Assembly (NCBI RefSeq): GCF_044704955.1
Contig: NC_091998.1
Coordinates: 41,726,001 to 41,790,000 of the forward strand
DNA length: 64,000 bases
Direction: 5' to 3'
DNA from: Pristiophorus japonicus
Taxonomy: Eukaryota
A program made the translations under genes and the position numbers. Below the pieces are notes generated by a model. That model was not told the origin of the DNA, did not search any database, and saw only the letters and a list, made by a program, of their open reading frames with translations. This document shows, piece after piece, positions 1 to 12,644 of the stretch; positions within the stretch are counted from its first letter, which is position 1, and the number at the start of each line of letters is the position of its first letter.

Positions 1-183
1 GGCAATAAACAACTTAGTCAGGGTCGCTGCTCCTGAGTGAGCCCATTGGAAGTGTGGATGTGTAGATGTGGAGTAAGGACGGGATCACGCTCAAGTGTGC
101 GGGCGTGTACACGAGGAGGAGCTGGTCGAACAAGGTGTCCGAAGGTCCCGTGAGCGTGGAGCATGCCCCTGCGGGAGTCTGCC
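1..183 (-). other. Candidate exon of a minus-strand transcript running off the left edge (5' UTR with uORFs, or a terminal coding exon)
   Basis: Unique GC-rich sequence behind a good acceptor on the minus strand (ccctcctcccttgtag|GGCAGAC). One frame reads ADSRRGMLHAHGTFGHLVRPAPPRVHARTLERDPVLTPHLHIHTSNGLTQEQRP*. No homologue recognised. Confidence 0.35.
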
Positions 184-959
184 CTACAAGGGAGGAGGGC
201 ATGAAACATGGAATCATACAATACACAAGGAGGCTCATTCGGCCCATCATGCCTGCATCGGCTCTTTGAAAGATCTATCTAATTATTCTCACTCCCCCAC
301 TCGTTCCTCATGGCCCTGCAAAGTCTTTCCTGTTCAAGTACATCTTGTCAACGTGACTTAATATCGTCACATGATTGGCTTTCTCCATAATGGGCCGCGT
401 TGTTCAGCCTGCGAGGGAACGCCAATCAGTTTTCACTCCATATTGGGGCTGGACCGATCTGCTCACTGTCTGAATGACACCAGCCCTGTTCATTTGATCC
501 AGCCACTGTGGAACATGCTTGCTGCAGGACAAATGTTTCCCTGGCAACCAGCATGCCACCAAGGAGCAGGACCCTCAGTCAAGCCAATGAGGACAGGCCC
601 TGTATCCCCAGTCAGAACAATGAGTGCAGAACCAATTTCTATTTATGAGGCTAGCCTAGCTTGTCCGATTTGAGTTAATGCATCTCCGGCATGAAGCCAT
701 TTATTTTAAACAGGTTAAAATAATGCCGGTGGGGAAATCCGGGCCTGTATCTTTTCTATGATAGACATTCACATCAAACCATTTTATATTCATGTGTTGA
801 GCATCCACTTTCATTGCTGTGAAATTTTCTTTGATAGTTCTATTTTTCTTTATTTTGTTATGTTGCATTATGTATTCTGTGAAGTTCAATTTGTTTGGAC
901 ATAAATGATAGCCGCTGCACCCCTGTGTGTCTCCTCCACTTATTTATTGTAGGTTAATT

Positions 960-1185
960 GTAAGAAGACTTTTTTCACCCAGAGGGTGGTGGGGTCTGGA
1001 ACTCACTGCCTGAAAGGGTGGTAGAGGCAGAAACCCTCATCACATTAAAAAGTACTTGGATATGCACCTGAAGTGCCGTAAGCTACAGGGCTACGGACCA
1101 AGAGCTAGAAACTGGGATTAGGCTATTTGCTCTTTTTTGGCCAGCGTGGACACGATGTGCTGTAAAGTTCTGTGATTCTATGATA
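960..1185 (+). mobile_element. CR1 LINE 3' fragment
   Basis: ttttcacccagagggtggtgggggtctggaactcactgcc = FFTQRVV..WNSLP motif of the CR1 ORF2 end, followed by 3' UTR. Confidence 0.75.
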
Positions 1186-1204
1186 AGAATACACTTGAAT
1201 TAAA

Positions 1205-1615
1205 GTAGCAGTTTATTGCATCCTCAGAATGTCTCAAACAGCTTCACAACGGGTGCATTACTTTTGAAGCAGAGTCATTATGTTGGCAACCAATTTGTGC
1301 ACAGCAAGGTTCCAGAAACAGCAAATAGATATATGACGAGTCAATCTGTTTTTGGCGCTGTTGACTGAGGGATAAGTATTGGCCAGGACACCGGGGATAA
1401 CTCCCCTGCTCTTCTTCGAAATAGTGCCATGGGATCTTTTACATCCACCTGAGAGGGCAGACGGGGCCTCGGTTTAACGTCTCATCCGACAGGGCAGCAC
1501 TCCCTCAGCACTAACTGGAGTGTCAGCCGAGATTATGCACTCAAGTCTTTAGCGGAGCTAGAACCCTCGACCTTCTAAAAGAAGCGAGCGAGCTACCAAG
1601 TGACCAAAACTGACT
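1205..1615 (-). mobile_element. DeuSINE-type tRNA-derived SINE (diverged)
   Basis: Reverse complement of the recurrent SINE core (ggatgagacgttaaaccgaggccccgtctgccctctcaggtggatgtaaaagatcccatggcactatttcgaagaagagcaggggag). Confidence 0.8.
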
Positions 1616-1799
1616 TGATAAAATGAGACTATTGGATGCATATATATTACTGTAGTGTACACTTCCACGATGCCCACAGCTCTTTGAAATATACTTTAGT
1701 TTTGTCATGAGCATAAAAAGCTCTGTGACTTGTCTTCACAGCCTCTGAAGACAAGATTGTCAGAGAAAGATTTTACAAGAAAATACATTTCAGAGCCCG

Positions 1800-2105
1800 C
1801 TGGGTGGAGATTCTAGGAAAAGTGGGCACTCTCTAAAAATTACAGCCAGACCTTTGAGGAGTGAAGTTAGGAAACACACCTACACAAAAAGGGTGGTTGT
1901 AGTTTGTAACTCCCTTCCACAGACGGCAACTGGTGAGAGATCAACTGTTCATTTTAACGTGGGGGTCGATAGCTTTCGGTTAAGCAACGGTATGAAGGGA
2001 TTTGGGCCAAAGGCGGGTATATGGAGTTCGGTCGCACATCAGCCAAGCGCTCATTGAAGGGCGCAACAGGCTCGAGGGGCTGAATGGCCTCCTCCTGTTC
2101 CTATG
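1800..2105 (+). mobile_element. CR1 LINE 3' fragment
   Basis: Degenerate ...YTKRVV..CNSLP reading plus the 3' UTR ggctcgaggggctgaatggcctcctcctgttcctatgt. Confidence 0.7.
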
Positions 2106-3139
2106 TACAGAGAAACAGAAAGCATTTTGGTCGCGTGAAAAAGGGCAGCTTCGAAAGAAGACACTGTTCCCTGACTTCACACCTAAATAACTTGTGAAAT
2201 TGCAACAAAGCTCTGCAAAGATCTGCAGAGATTACTTGAAGACGGAGGTGGCAGAAACATGCTAATACAGACACTCTGCTTCCTCTCTCACTCCCCCCCC
2301 CCCCCCCCCCCCGCTGCCGCACAGCGATTAAAATGGGCACTTTGCCGCTTGGATTTTCCGAGGTAAAAATCACACCATTCCAAAGCGCCCTATAAAAATA
2401 AATCCAACGAGGCCAAAGATCGGGTTGCCACACTGAAATCGCATTCACCGTTTCCCGTCATCACGGACGGCTCTTGCAAGGTTTTATTAGATTCACACTT
2501 CAAATGCCTTCGATTTCTGTCCAAAGCTCTCTGCTCCCCAAGTGAAACTGCGGAAAACCTGCCTATTCCCACACCTCCACCATCCAACATAACTGCCTCC
2601 GATAGATGCCCCTCCCCAGCAGCACAGGAAACCAATGCGGGCAGAGGTGCATTCCCATCCCTGCAACCTTCAGCCCAGCTGAGTGAACACTTGTTTGTCC
2701 AGCTGTTTCTGAAGGAGTCACTGGATGCCGATCAGCTGCTTTTATTGTCAGTGTGCTGCACAGGTCCACAATGCCCTCTTTAATCGGTTTAATTGCTCAG
2801 CTGTATAATACACTGCTGGCTGCGACCACGTGAGCGCTGACTCAACAGTAAAGTCAATCAAAATAAAAGAGCTCTCCGAGACCCGACGCTCTCCCTGCCT
2901 CCTCGTACGGTCACACCGGGATTCACCGGGAAGGCGCGGCAGCGACGGCTAATTGTGAAGGCAGCTGGAAAAGGCAGCCGTCGGCCACAAGGCCAGAAGG
3001 TTGGGACCGATAGGGTTAGACAAACGAGAGAAATGGTGGCGTGCAGCATGCACTGTGACGCAGGCTTGAGGTTTTCATACGTGAATCTTGTGACTGGGTC
3101 ACCGTGTTACCAATCCATCCCTCTCTCACTCATCACATT

Positions 3140-3400
3140 GAGTGCATTGGGCCTATATTCTCAAAATTTAGTAGATTGGGCCTATAAGCCCCAGCTTGAG
3201 TAGATTGGGCCTATACTCCTCAGTTTGAGTAGATTGGGCCTGTACTCCTCAGTTTGAGTAGATTGGGCCTATACTCCTCAGTTTGAGTAGATTGGGCCTG
3301 TACTCCTCAGTTTGAGTAGATTGGGCCTGTACTCCTCAGTTTGAGTAGATTGGGCCTAAACGCCCCAATTTGAGTAGATTGGGCCTATACTCTCTGGAGT
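3140..3400 (+). repeat. 29-bp tandem minisatellite, about 9 copies (gagtagattgggcctatactcctcagttt)
   Basis: Unit recurs at 3169, 3198, 3227, 3256, 3285, 3314, 3343 and 3372, with a degenerate copy near 3140; the last copy runs directly into CR1 ORF2 sequence. Confidence 0.9.
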
Positions 3401-3800
3401 TTAGAAGAATGAGAGGTGATCATATTGAATAATATAAGATTCTGAGCGGGATTGACAGGGTAGATGCAGAGAGGATGTTTCCCCTGACTGGAGAGTCTAG
3501 AACCAGGGGGCACAGTCTCAGGATAAGGGATTGGCCATTTAAGACTGAGATGAGGAGGAATTTCTTCACTCAGAGGGTTGTGAATCTTTAGAATTATCTG
3601 CCCCAAAGGGCTGTGGAGGATCAGTCGTTGAGCATATTGAAGATGAGATAGATATTTGGAGTCTTGGGGAATCAAGGTATGTTGGGACAGGGCAGGAAAA
3701 TGGAGTTGAGGTCGAAGATCAGCCAGGATCTTATTGAATGGCGGAGCAGACTTGAAGGGCCAGATGGCCTACTCCTGCTCCTAATTCTTTTGTTCTTATG
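3372..3800 (+). mobile_element. 5'-truncated CR1 LINE
   Basis: LGLYSLEFRRMRGD..IE.YKIL coding remnant and CR1 3' UTR ending ttctttgttcttatg. Confidence 0.85.
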
Positions 3801-4327
3801 ATAAGTAACCCAGACTGTCCAGCAACAGGACTCCTGAAGCCAGTTTTAAGACGGAATTGAAACGAGTGGAGGGCGGAACAAAACCGGGCCTCGGTTTAAC
3901 GTCTCATTCGGAAGACGGCAGTGCAGCACTCCCTCCCTCAGCACCGCACTGCAGTGTCAGCCTAGATTTATGTGCTCAAGTCCCTGGATGGGAGTCTTGA
4001 ACCCACAACCTTCTGACTCAGAGGCAAGACTGCTACTCACTGAGCCATGGGCAATGGTGATAGGCAATAGGCTGGATAATAGAGTTTTCAGGCAAAAAAA
4101 TTTGGCAAATTTGCACTGTGGACATGGTCTCTCACAATGTTTCAAGCTTTCATCCTACAAAATGTTTAATATGAAAACTAACACCAACAGTTAAAAAAGT
4201 TCCTTCTAATGTCTTTATTTAATGATTGGTATCTTCTAAATATGCCTTTACAGATTGGCTGCCTTAGTACTCAAAGTGCACAAATCATATACTGTCCAGT
4301 TAATCTCTCTCAGTGTCCAGTCCCTGG

Positions 4328-4730
4328 GTCAGCTGTGGCTCAGTGGGCAGCACCCTCTCGCCTGACCCTCCCAGTGCAGTGCTGAGGGAGTGCTGCACTG
4401 TCGGAGGTGCCATCTTTCGGATGAGACGTTAAAACCAAGGCCCCATCTGCTCTCTCAGGTGGATGTAAAAGATCCCACGGGCACTATTTCGAAGAAAAAC
4501 AGGGGAGTTACCCCCGGTGTTCTGACCAATATTTATCCCTCAATCAACATCACTGAAAAAAACATTATCTGGTCATTATCACATTGCTGTGTGTGGGAGC
4601 TTGCTGTGCACAAATTGGTTGCCATTTCCTACATTACAACAGTGACTGCACTCCAAAAGTACTTCATTGGCTGTAAAGTGCTTTGAGGCGTCGTGGAAAT
4701 TACGATATAAATCCAAGTCTTTCTTTCTTT
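4328..4730 (+). mobile_element. DeuSINE-type SINE
   Basis: Head gtcagctgtggctcagtggg (A box), Deu-like core, tail ...atataaatccaagtctttc. A partial minus copy lies at about 3885-4050. Confidence 0.85.
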
Positions 4731-5024
4731 AGATAGACAGCAAATTAAAAAATACTGGACAAAGAACTATATTCCTACATTTAAATTCAGTCCCTTAATA
4801 TACAATGCAGAGGTAAGTCACGTAAATAATATGGCCCAAACATACGTGGAAGCGCTGCACACTAAACAAACAATATTTAACCTGACTCAAACTCAAATTC
4901 AAGATAAATTTATGGCCATTATGAATATTGTGGTCATCTGTTCTTTTAATAGGTCTCAATGGAGAGATAATTTTCTACTTATGGAACAGTGAAATACACA
5001 GCATGAAAAATAAGACATGAATTA

Positions 5025-5570
5025 CATAAGAACATAAAGAATAGGAGCTGGAGTTGGCTATTCGGCCCCTCGAGCCTGCTCCACCATTCAATACAATCAT
5101 GGCTGATCTGATCTTGGCCTCAACTCCACTTCCCCGCCCAATCCCCATAACCCTTGACTCCCCTATAGTTCAAGAATCTGTCTATCTCCACTGTCAATGA
5201 CCCAGCCTCCACAGCTCTCTGGGGCAGAGAATTCCATAGATTCACGACCCGCTGAGAGAAGAAATTCCTCCTCATCTCTGTCTTAAATGGGCGACCCCTT
5301 ATTCTGAGCCTATACCCCCTAGTTCTAGATTCGCCCATGAGGGGAAACATCCTCTCTGCATCTACCCTGTCAAACCCCCTCAGAATCTTATACATTTCAA
5401 TAAGATCATCTCTCATTCTTCTAAACTCCAATGAGTATAGGCCCAACATGTTCAACCTTTCTTCATAAGTCAACCCCTTCATCTCAGGAATCAACCTAGT
5501 GAGCCTTCTCTGAACTGCCTCCAATGCAAGTATATCTTTCCTTACATAAGGAGACCAAAACTGTACTATA
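5025..5570 (-). mobile_element. CR1 LINE 3' fragment
   Basis: ORF 5120..5524 EAVQRRLTRLIPEMKGLTYEERL...WNSLPQRAVEA; (ttcttatg)n-type tail. Confidence 0.9.
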
Positions 5571-5737
5571 GTTTACTGCAAGATTGTACCATTCATGATG
5601 GGTGCTGGTAATGTCAGATGTTTATAGTGTCATCTGAAATGAAATCGTTTCCCCACTCTTTTATTTTGCACACTGTGCACTTGTATGAATTGTTCCCATT
5701 TTTATGTTGTGTCCAGGCTCTATTGCCTACAGCTTAA

Positions 5738-6100
5738 GAAAAGACTTGCATTTATATAGTGCCTTTCACAAACACCGGACTTCCCAAAGCGCTTTACAGC
5801 CAATGAAGTACTTTTGGAGTGTAGTCACTGTTGAAATGTAGGAAACACGGCAGCCAATTTGCGCACAGCAAGCTCCCACACACAGCAATGTGATAATGAC
5901 CAGATCATCTGTTTTTGTTATGTTGATTGAGGGATTAATATTGGCCCCAGGACACCGGGGATAACTCCCCTGCTCTTATTTGAAGAGTGCAGTGGGATCT
6001 TTGATGTCGCACCTGAGAGAGCAGACGGGGCCTCGGTTCAACGGCTCATCTGAAAGAAGGCACCTCCGACAGTGCAGCACTCCCTCAGCACTGCACTGGC
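5738..6100 (-). mobile_element. DeuSINE-type SINE (5'-truncated)
   Basis: Matches the SINE tail and core in reverse complement. Confidence 0.85.
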
Positions 6101-6859
6101 TGATGGAGATATGGTGGCCTTGTAGGACCTGGTACAAGTTGCGGGCCATTGTGACGGTGCTGCTCGGGACTGACTGCAGCCGGCGACTGCCCTTGTAAAC
6201 GGCAACGGTTGGTAAACCTGGTTCAGCGCCACATACTGGGAGCAGGTAGGACACCTCGCGCACACATGGACCTGTGTGGTATCCCTTCATCGCGCCTCGC
6301 TCCAGCCTTCAAAAAAGTCAGTGATAAGGGAGCACTGAACCAGACAGCAACTTGCACAATTGATCAAGCAGTTTGCCTTTACAAATCTGTTTTCTGGCAG
6401 GCCAAAAAGTGATTGCCCTTTAACGCCCGGCATGAGGGCAGGACTTGGGTAGATCAGAGAAACCATACGTTAGTGCAGGAACATCAAAAACAGTCTGCTC
6501 CTGATAAGTCAAGTTCGATTTTGTGCTAAAAAAAAACCGCATGGAGTCATCCAATGCTAACACTGACTTTCTAAGAGTCGACTATGTTAATTAAACAGAG
6601 AGCAGCTTACTCGGCCGGGCCTGTGGGGAGCTGGTTAAGTGGCCTCCCCCAATCCACTCGCCCAGTCCGGATGGCGGGACTGATCGGGCTGGGCAGAAAG
6701 TGGGTGTAAAACCGCGCTCTGGTGCAGTGTACTTGTACATGGGTGCACTACACAAATGTGACAATCATCTACCGCACCATTTATCGAAAAAGAACTGAAA
6801 TTCTACAACAAAGTGATTGATGCAGCCCACCGTGCTGGTTCTGAGTCAATCTTACAAAC

Positions 6860-8145
6860 GATTACCTCGAACATACGGCACAGAAACAGGCCATTCGGCC
6901 CAACCAGTCCATGCTGCACTCGAGCCTCCTCCCATCCTTTCTCATCAGCATAACCCTCTATTCCCTTCTCCCTCATGTGTTAATCTCGCCCCACCTTAAC
7001 TGCATCGATACTATTCACCTCAACCACTCCCTGTGGCAGCGAGTTCCACATTCTCACCCCTCTCTGGGTAAAGAAGTTTCTCCTGAATTCCCTATTGGAT
7101 TTACTTAAGAAATAGGAGCAGGATTCGGCCATACGGCCCCTCGAGCCTGCTCCGCCATTTAATACGATCATGGCTAATCTGATCATGGACTCAGGTCCAC
7201 TTCCCTGCCCGTTCCTCATAACCCCTTATTCCCTTATCTTCTTCACTCAGAATTGTTAACCTGTGGAATTCCCTAGCGCAGAGAGTTGCTGATGCCAGTT
7301 CACTGGATATATTCAAGAGGGAGTTAGATGTGGCCCTTACGACTAAAGGGATCAAGGGGTCTGAAGAGAAAGCAGGAAAGGGGTATTGAGGTGAATGATC
7401 AGCCATGATCTTATTGAATGGTGGTGCAGGCTCGAAGGGCCAAATGGGCTACTCCTGCACCTATTTTCTATGTTTCTATGTTATCGGTTATGAAACTGTC
7501 TATCTCTGTCTTAAATTTATTCAATGTCCCAGCTTCCACAGCTCTCTGAGGCAGCGAATTTCACAGATTTACAACCCTCTGAGAGAAGAAATTCCTTCTC
7601 ATCTCAGTTTTAAATGGGCGGCCCCTTATTCTAAGATCATGCCCTCTAGTTCTAGACTCCCCATCAGTGGAAACATCCTCTCTGCATCCACCTTGTCAAG
7701 CCTCCTCATAATCTTACACGTTTTGATAAATCACCTCTCATTCATCTGAATTCCAATGAGTAGAGGCCCAACCTACTCAACCTTTCCTCATAAGTCAACC
7801 CCTTCATCCCCAGAATCAACCTAGTGAACCTTCTCTGAGCTGCCTCCAATTTCTTGGTGATAATCTTTATCTTGATGATTCTATCAAAACCTCTGTTAGG
7901 TCACCCTTCAGCCTCCTCTTTTCACGAGGAAAGATCTGAATGCGGAAGATTAAATTGCAAAGCCTCTGTCGAGCTCACGATGCGAGTCTCACTCTCTCGG
8001 CTCGTCGGACTCGAATAGAATCGGAGAATGGTGACGGCAGAGGAGGAAGCTGTTCGGCCCCTCGAGCCCGTGCCGGCTCTCTGCAAGAGCACCTCAGCCA
8101 GTCCCACTCCCCCGACCTTTCCCCTTAGCCCTGCTGATTTATTCA
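6860..8145. mobile_element. Cluster of nested CR1 3' fragments in both orientations
   Basis: Minus fragments at about 6860-7235, 7480-7850 and 8015-8145; a plus fragment at about 7238-7480 ending ttctatgtttctatgtt splits a minus copy. Confidence 0.8.
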
Positions 8146-8789
8146 ACAGACTACATTCAGCACTTGCAAAGTTGATATACGCACACCAGATGTGACATTG
8201 GAACGCAGCTCAGGATTTAACAGCGGAGTTTCAGCTGGCTGGCCAAGTAGCTTAACGTTTACATAACAGGACCGATTCCATGGTCCCAGCAGGGATTCAC
8301 CCTGCAAAACGGTCCATCGGAGGCCTGCAGTCTGTGAGTCCTCTACATGTTGAAATTAATGGATGGAAAAGTCACATGAGGCTGGCCTGCAATGTCTGTG
8401 CGTGCGTTCATCTCATAAAGCCCGTTCAAAATGAAACAAACTTTGTCTTTGTGCAAAGGCTGATATTCCCCTGGAACAATCTACCAGGCAGCGGGCGTGG
8501 AAGGGGAAGTTAGGGACAGTCGCGTTTTAGTCAGGCGCTATGCTGAGATAGGTCGCGCATTAGAGGAGCAATTGGTGGGGCTCAGTGGTCTTTTCTCATC
8601 CTTTGAAAGAAAGATTTGCATTTGTATAGCGCCTTTCACGGCATCAGGACGTCCCAAAGCGCTTTATCCCCAAAGTCCTGCTTAATATTTATTTCTCAAT
8701 CACCATCACTAAAAACAGATTATCTGGTCATTGTCCTGAGGTTGTCAAAGGTGCTATATGAATGCCAATCTTTATTTTTTTTCTCGGGG

Positions 8790-9450
8790 GGGGATTGTGG
8801 GGCTGGAGGAGATTACAGAGATAGGGAGGGGCGAGGCCATGGAGGGATTTGTAAACTAGGATGAGAATTTTGAAAATCGAGGCATTGCTTAACCGGGAGC
8901 CAATGTAGGTCAGCGAGCACAGGGGGTGATGGGTGAGCGGGACTTGGTGTGAGTTAGGACACAGGGCAGCAGGGTTTTGGATCATCTCTAGTTTACATAG
9001 GGTAGAATGTGGGAGGCCAGCCAGGAGTGCGTTGGAATGGTCAAGTCTAGAGATAGCAAAGGCACAGATGAGGGCTTCAGCAGCAGATGAGCTGAGGCAA
9101 GGGGCAGAGACAGGCGATGTTACGGAGGTGGAAATAGGCGGTCTTAGTTATGCTGCGGCTATGTGGTCAAAAGTTCATTTCAGGGTCAAATATGACACCT
9201 AGGTTGCGAACAGTCTGGTTCAGCCTCAGACAGCCGTTGGGGAGAGGGATGGAGTCAGTGGCTGGGGAACGGAGTTTGTGGCGGGGACCGAAAACAATGG
9301 CTTCAGTCTTCCCAATATTCAACTGGAGAAAATTTCTGCTCATCCAGAACTGGATGTCGGACAAACAGTCTGATAACTTAGAGACCATGGCGGGGTTGAG
9401 AGAAATGGTCGTGAAGTAGAGCTGGGTGTGATGAGCGTACACGTGGAACG
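8790..9450 (-). mobile_element. L2-clade LINE fragment (RT C-terminal region)
   Basis: ORF 9167..9532 CLSDIQFWMSRNFLQLNIGKTEAIVFG...VRNLGVIFD, with downstream IQNPAA and FKILILVYKSLHGLAPPYL motifs. Confidence 0.85.
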
Positions 9451-9779
9451 GGACGCAGATTATTTCAGAACATTTCAGAAAGCCAAACAAATTGCAAATT
9501 TGACTTTGCCACCCTGAGGGTGAAGAAACCAATGCTGGGCCACCGTCTGTCTACGACAGCCCTGGTACAGACGGGTGCGATCGAGGGAAGGTCCTTCGAG
9601 CCACCTGAGCTGGTGCAGACTATCTGACGGCCCAGCCTGAAATAAATACGGTTTCGATTTTGAGGCCAGAATTAGCAGAGACCTAAAAAAAAAACCATGG
9701 TTTCAGTGTGTCTTGCACGAGTTCCCAGGTTCTGCAAAGCTGCCACTGTCCTGATAATGTGGTGGAGCGGTGAGAGATT

Positions 9780-10125
9780 GTGGCGGAGGCGCGGCAAATG
9801 AGGGTACGGAGCCCAGAAGAGGCGAGGGCCCAGGGGCAGCAGGGCCCAGCCCACACTGCGATATGTGTGCGCACTGGGTCCGTGCAGCAGAGCGGGTCTC
9901 CAGTCTCCTTGGTTAACCCTTGCCACTGGATAAAGGCCTAGCTCTGTCGAGCCCGTGTGGTGGCTGATGTGCAACGGTCACCACACGTTAAAAAAATCCA
10001 CGCACAGGCATCTTCCACCCTTCAATTGAAGTTCAGGACTGGAACATCGGGTCCTTCATCAAAACATCTGTGAACTCATGTGGAAGCAAGTCATCCTCGT
10101 TCGAGGGACCGCCTATGATGATGAA
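9780..10125 (+). mobile_element. Non-autonomous element with RTE-type 3' tail
   Basis: Shared body (cccacactgcgatatgtgtgcgcact...gcccgtgtggtggctgatgtgcaacggtcacc) ending gtggaagcaagtcatcctcgttcgagggaccgcctatgatgatga; five copies in the window. Confidence 0.75.
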
Positions 10126-10243
10126 ATCTCCAAAAACGACCGAGCGCTGAGATCATCAGCGATGAGATCACACGTCTCCCCATCTTTTTAAGGTCCGAAA
10201 GTTTCTTTTTCAGAGTCTGCCCCAAACCCTGAGCCAGACGTAC

Positions 10244-10430
10244 TTGTGGATTGTGGAATCTTTACTAAGCTCCTGGGAGCTGGCCACAGATCTGAAATCT
10301 GCTATTTTTCCCAAAACAGAGACATTTTTAAATGCGGCGTTTGGAGGCCTCCACAATGCGAGCCTCTGTTTCGAAATGTCACAAGCTAATCAGCCGCCTT
10401 CGTTGGAATTCTCAGTCCTCCAGCTCATCC
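10244..10430 (-). other. Candidate internal exon of the left minus-strand transcript
   Basis: Acceptors tgtttggcag| (10430) or atttcag| (10291) and donor CACAA|gtacgt (10244). The 48-nt form would join the 183 acceptor in frame (SVASSQELSKDSTIHK-ADSRRG). Confidence 0.3.
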
Positions 10431-10494
10431 CTGCCAAACATGTGACGCAACAGCGCGGTAATTTAATTCCCTTACTGAATTTTCTTTTAATATT

Positions 10495-10870
10495 TGGTCA
10501 CAGGATGTGGGTGTCGCCGGCAAGGCCGGCATTTATTGGCCGTCCCTAATCGCCCTCGAGAAGGAGGTGGTGAGCCGCCATTTCAGACGGGCAGTTTAGA
10601 GTCAACTACATTGCTGTGGGTCTGGAGTCACATATAGGCCAGACCGGGTAAGGGCGGCAGATTTCCTTCCCCATAAAGGACATTAGTGAACCAGATGGGT
10701 TTTTACGACAATCCGGTAGTTTAATGATCACTAGCTTTTTATTCCAGATTTATGCGTTAACTGAATTTAAATTCCCCAGCTGCCGTGGTGTGATTTGAAC
10801 TCACGTCTCTGGATTATTGGTCCAGACGTCTGGATTATGAGCAACATAAGCACGATGCTACTGTGCCCGT
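10495..10870 (-). mobile_element. Second tRNA-derived SINE family (SlmI-like, RSg-1-type tail)
   Basis: Reverse complement of the element at 12319 and 13320 (ggttcactaatgtcc...gactccagacccacagcaatg...aataaatgccggccttgcc). Family name recalled from salmonid SlmI/RSg-1, unverified. Confidence 0.6.
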
Positions 10871-11279
10871 ATATACTTGGAGACACTCTGTGGCTGTTGC
10901 TTTCTCTTTTGACTTTGTTAACTACCAAACTTTTTAACGAAGTGGAGCCTGTTTGACCAGCATTTCCCCTCTGTGTGTGTGTGTGTGTGTGTGCAGACTC
11001 TGGTTGGGGTAACTCAGACACCTTCAGCAGCCTGCCAGTCACCTGTCCAAGTGATTGCCAGCATCTATTTAACCACAGAGGAAACAGTAACCCTGGCGAA
11101 GTTTCACTCTCCTTAGCCTAGCGTTGCAGAGACTGATTATAATGCCTCAGGAAGTGCAGGGTTTCTGGCTGAGAGAAGCTAGCCCTGTATGGGCTGGGAG
11201 AAATCAAGGCTCAGGCCTCTGGCCTATGTGGCTTCATAGCACACCATACAGTGTACTTACCCATTAAACCATAGGACAA

Positions 11280-11650
11280 CAACGACAATTTATATCGCAT
11301 ATTTAACGTAGTAAAACGACCCAAGACGCTTCCTCAGCAATTTTACAAAACAAAATTTGACACCGAGCCACATAAGGAGAATTTAGGGCAGGTGATCAAA
11401 AGCTCAGTCAAAGAGGTAAGTTTTAAGGAGGAGAGAGAGGTAGAGAGGCGGAGAGGTTTAGGGAGGTAGTTCCAGAGCTTAGGGTCCAGGCAGCTGAAGG
11501 CACAGCCACCGATGATGGAGCGATTATAATCAGTGATATGTGAGAGGCCAGAAGTAGAGGAGCGGAACAATCTCGGAAAGTTGTCGGACTGGAAAGATGA
11601 GAAGGGACAAGGCCAAGGAGGGCTCTGAAAACCAGGATGAGAATTTTTAA
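11280..11650 (-). mobile_element. L2-clade LINE 3' end
   Basis: IGGCAFSCLDPKLWNYLP motif and L2-type 3' UTR. Confidence 0.75.
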
Positions 11651-11755
11651 ATCCAAATGGAGTTTTTTTTTTAAGCACGGCCTTCCTTCGTTGTTACATC
11701 ATTTCCAGGCTGATTAAACTCTCGACACAAACTCACAGACTCGCTTAACCGCCAA

Positions 11756-12310
11756 GGGGGAGAAATTCGGTTTCGCCTCAGTTGGGCCGGTGTCGCTGGC
11801 GGAGCGGTAGATCACGGCGGCAAATGGTTTGCGCCTGCCGCCGCAAGATTCATCAGCTGGGCCCGGAGCTTGGAGCGGGGCACTAAGGGAGGCGTGGCAC
11901 GGATCTTTCGGGGCGCGAGGCCGGCTGAGCAAGGGACAATCCCGAGCTAAAGAGCGCGACTCGGAGCGCCCTAACAGAGGCCGGGTGGGGGGAGGGATAG
12001 GGGGAGAACCTGAAACAAAAACACAAAAACATTCCCAATACATAGCTCACACCACCACAACATAACGGAAAACAAACAATCCCACATATTACTTACCTCA
12101 CTCCCGCTTCCACAGGCGGTCCCAGCAGGGGGCGCTACGGAGCGCTACGCAGCCAAAAATCAAGTCGGTGTCGCAACCAGGGGCGTTGCACACCGGCTGG
12201 CCAATTCCGGGCGGTAATGCTCCGCGCCTCATCCATACCGGCACTGAATGTCCCGGCGAGGCGCTGGAAGCTGGTCACAGCCCGGAACGGCTTATTGCAG
12301 AATTGGTATA
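11756..12310 (-). mobile_element. GC-rich MITE-like element (same family as 18538 and 43119)
   Basis: Begins ggggagaaattc; the body is the reverse complement of the 18538-19102 and 43119-43780 elements. Confidence 0.65.
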
Positions 12311-12318
12311 TCCAACCG

Positions 12319-12642
12319 GGAATGGTAGCACAGTGGTTATGTTACTGGCCTAGTAATCCAGAGGCCTGGAGTAATGATCTGGAGTACGTGGGTTCAAATC
12401 CCACCACGGCAGCTGGGGAATTTAAATTCAGTTGCTTAAATAAATCTAGAATTAAAAAAGCTCGCATCTTTATTGGAGGTGATGAAAGTACCATTGTAAA
12501 AACGCATCGGGTTCACTAATGTCCCTGAGGGAAATCTGCCGCCCTTACCTGGTCTGGCTTACATGTGACTCCAGACCCACAGCAATGTGGTTGACTCTTA
12601 ACTGACCTCTGAAATGGCCCAGCGAGACACTCAGTTGTACCA
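12319..12642 (+). mobile_element. SlmI-like tRNA-derived SINE
   Basis: A box (ggtagcacagtgg) and B box (ggttcaaatccc), then the conserved core. Confidence 0.65.
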
Positions 12643-12644
12643 AA

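Noticed and set aside
3140-3400. CRISPR-like regular 29-bp repeats (also the GGTCAAT array with variable linkers)
   Set aside because: No unique spacers, no cas genes, eukaryotic context; these are plain tandem repeats.
4390-4686. Recurrent small ORFs such as ...NIYPSINITKTDYLVIITLLFVGACCAQIGC...
   Set aside because: Chance translations of the DeuSINE body, not a gene family.
6100-6300. GC-rich unique stretch with several open frames
   Set aside because: No convincing splice-site pair or recognisable protein motif.
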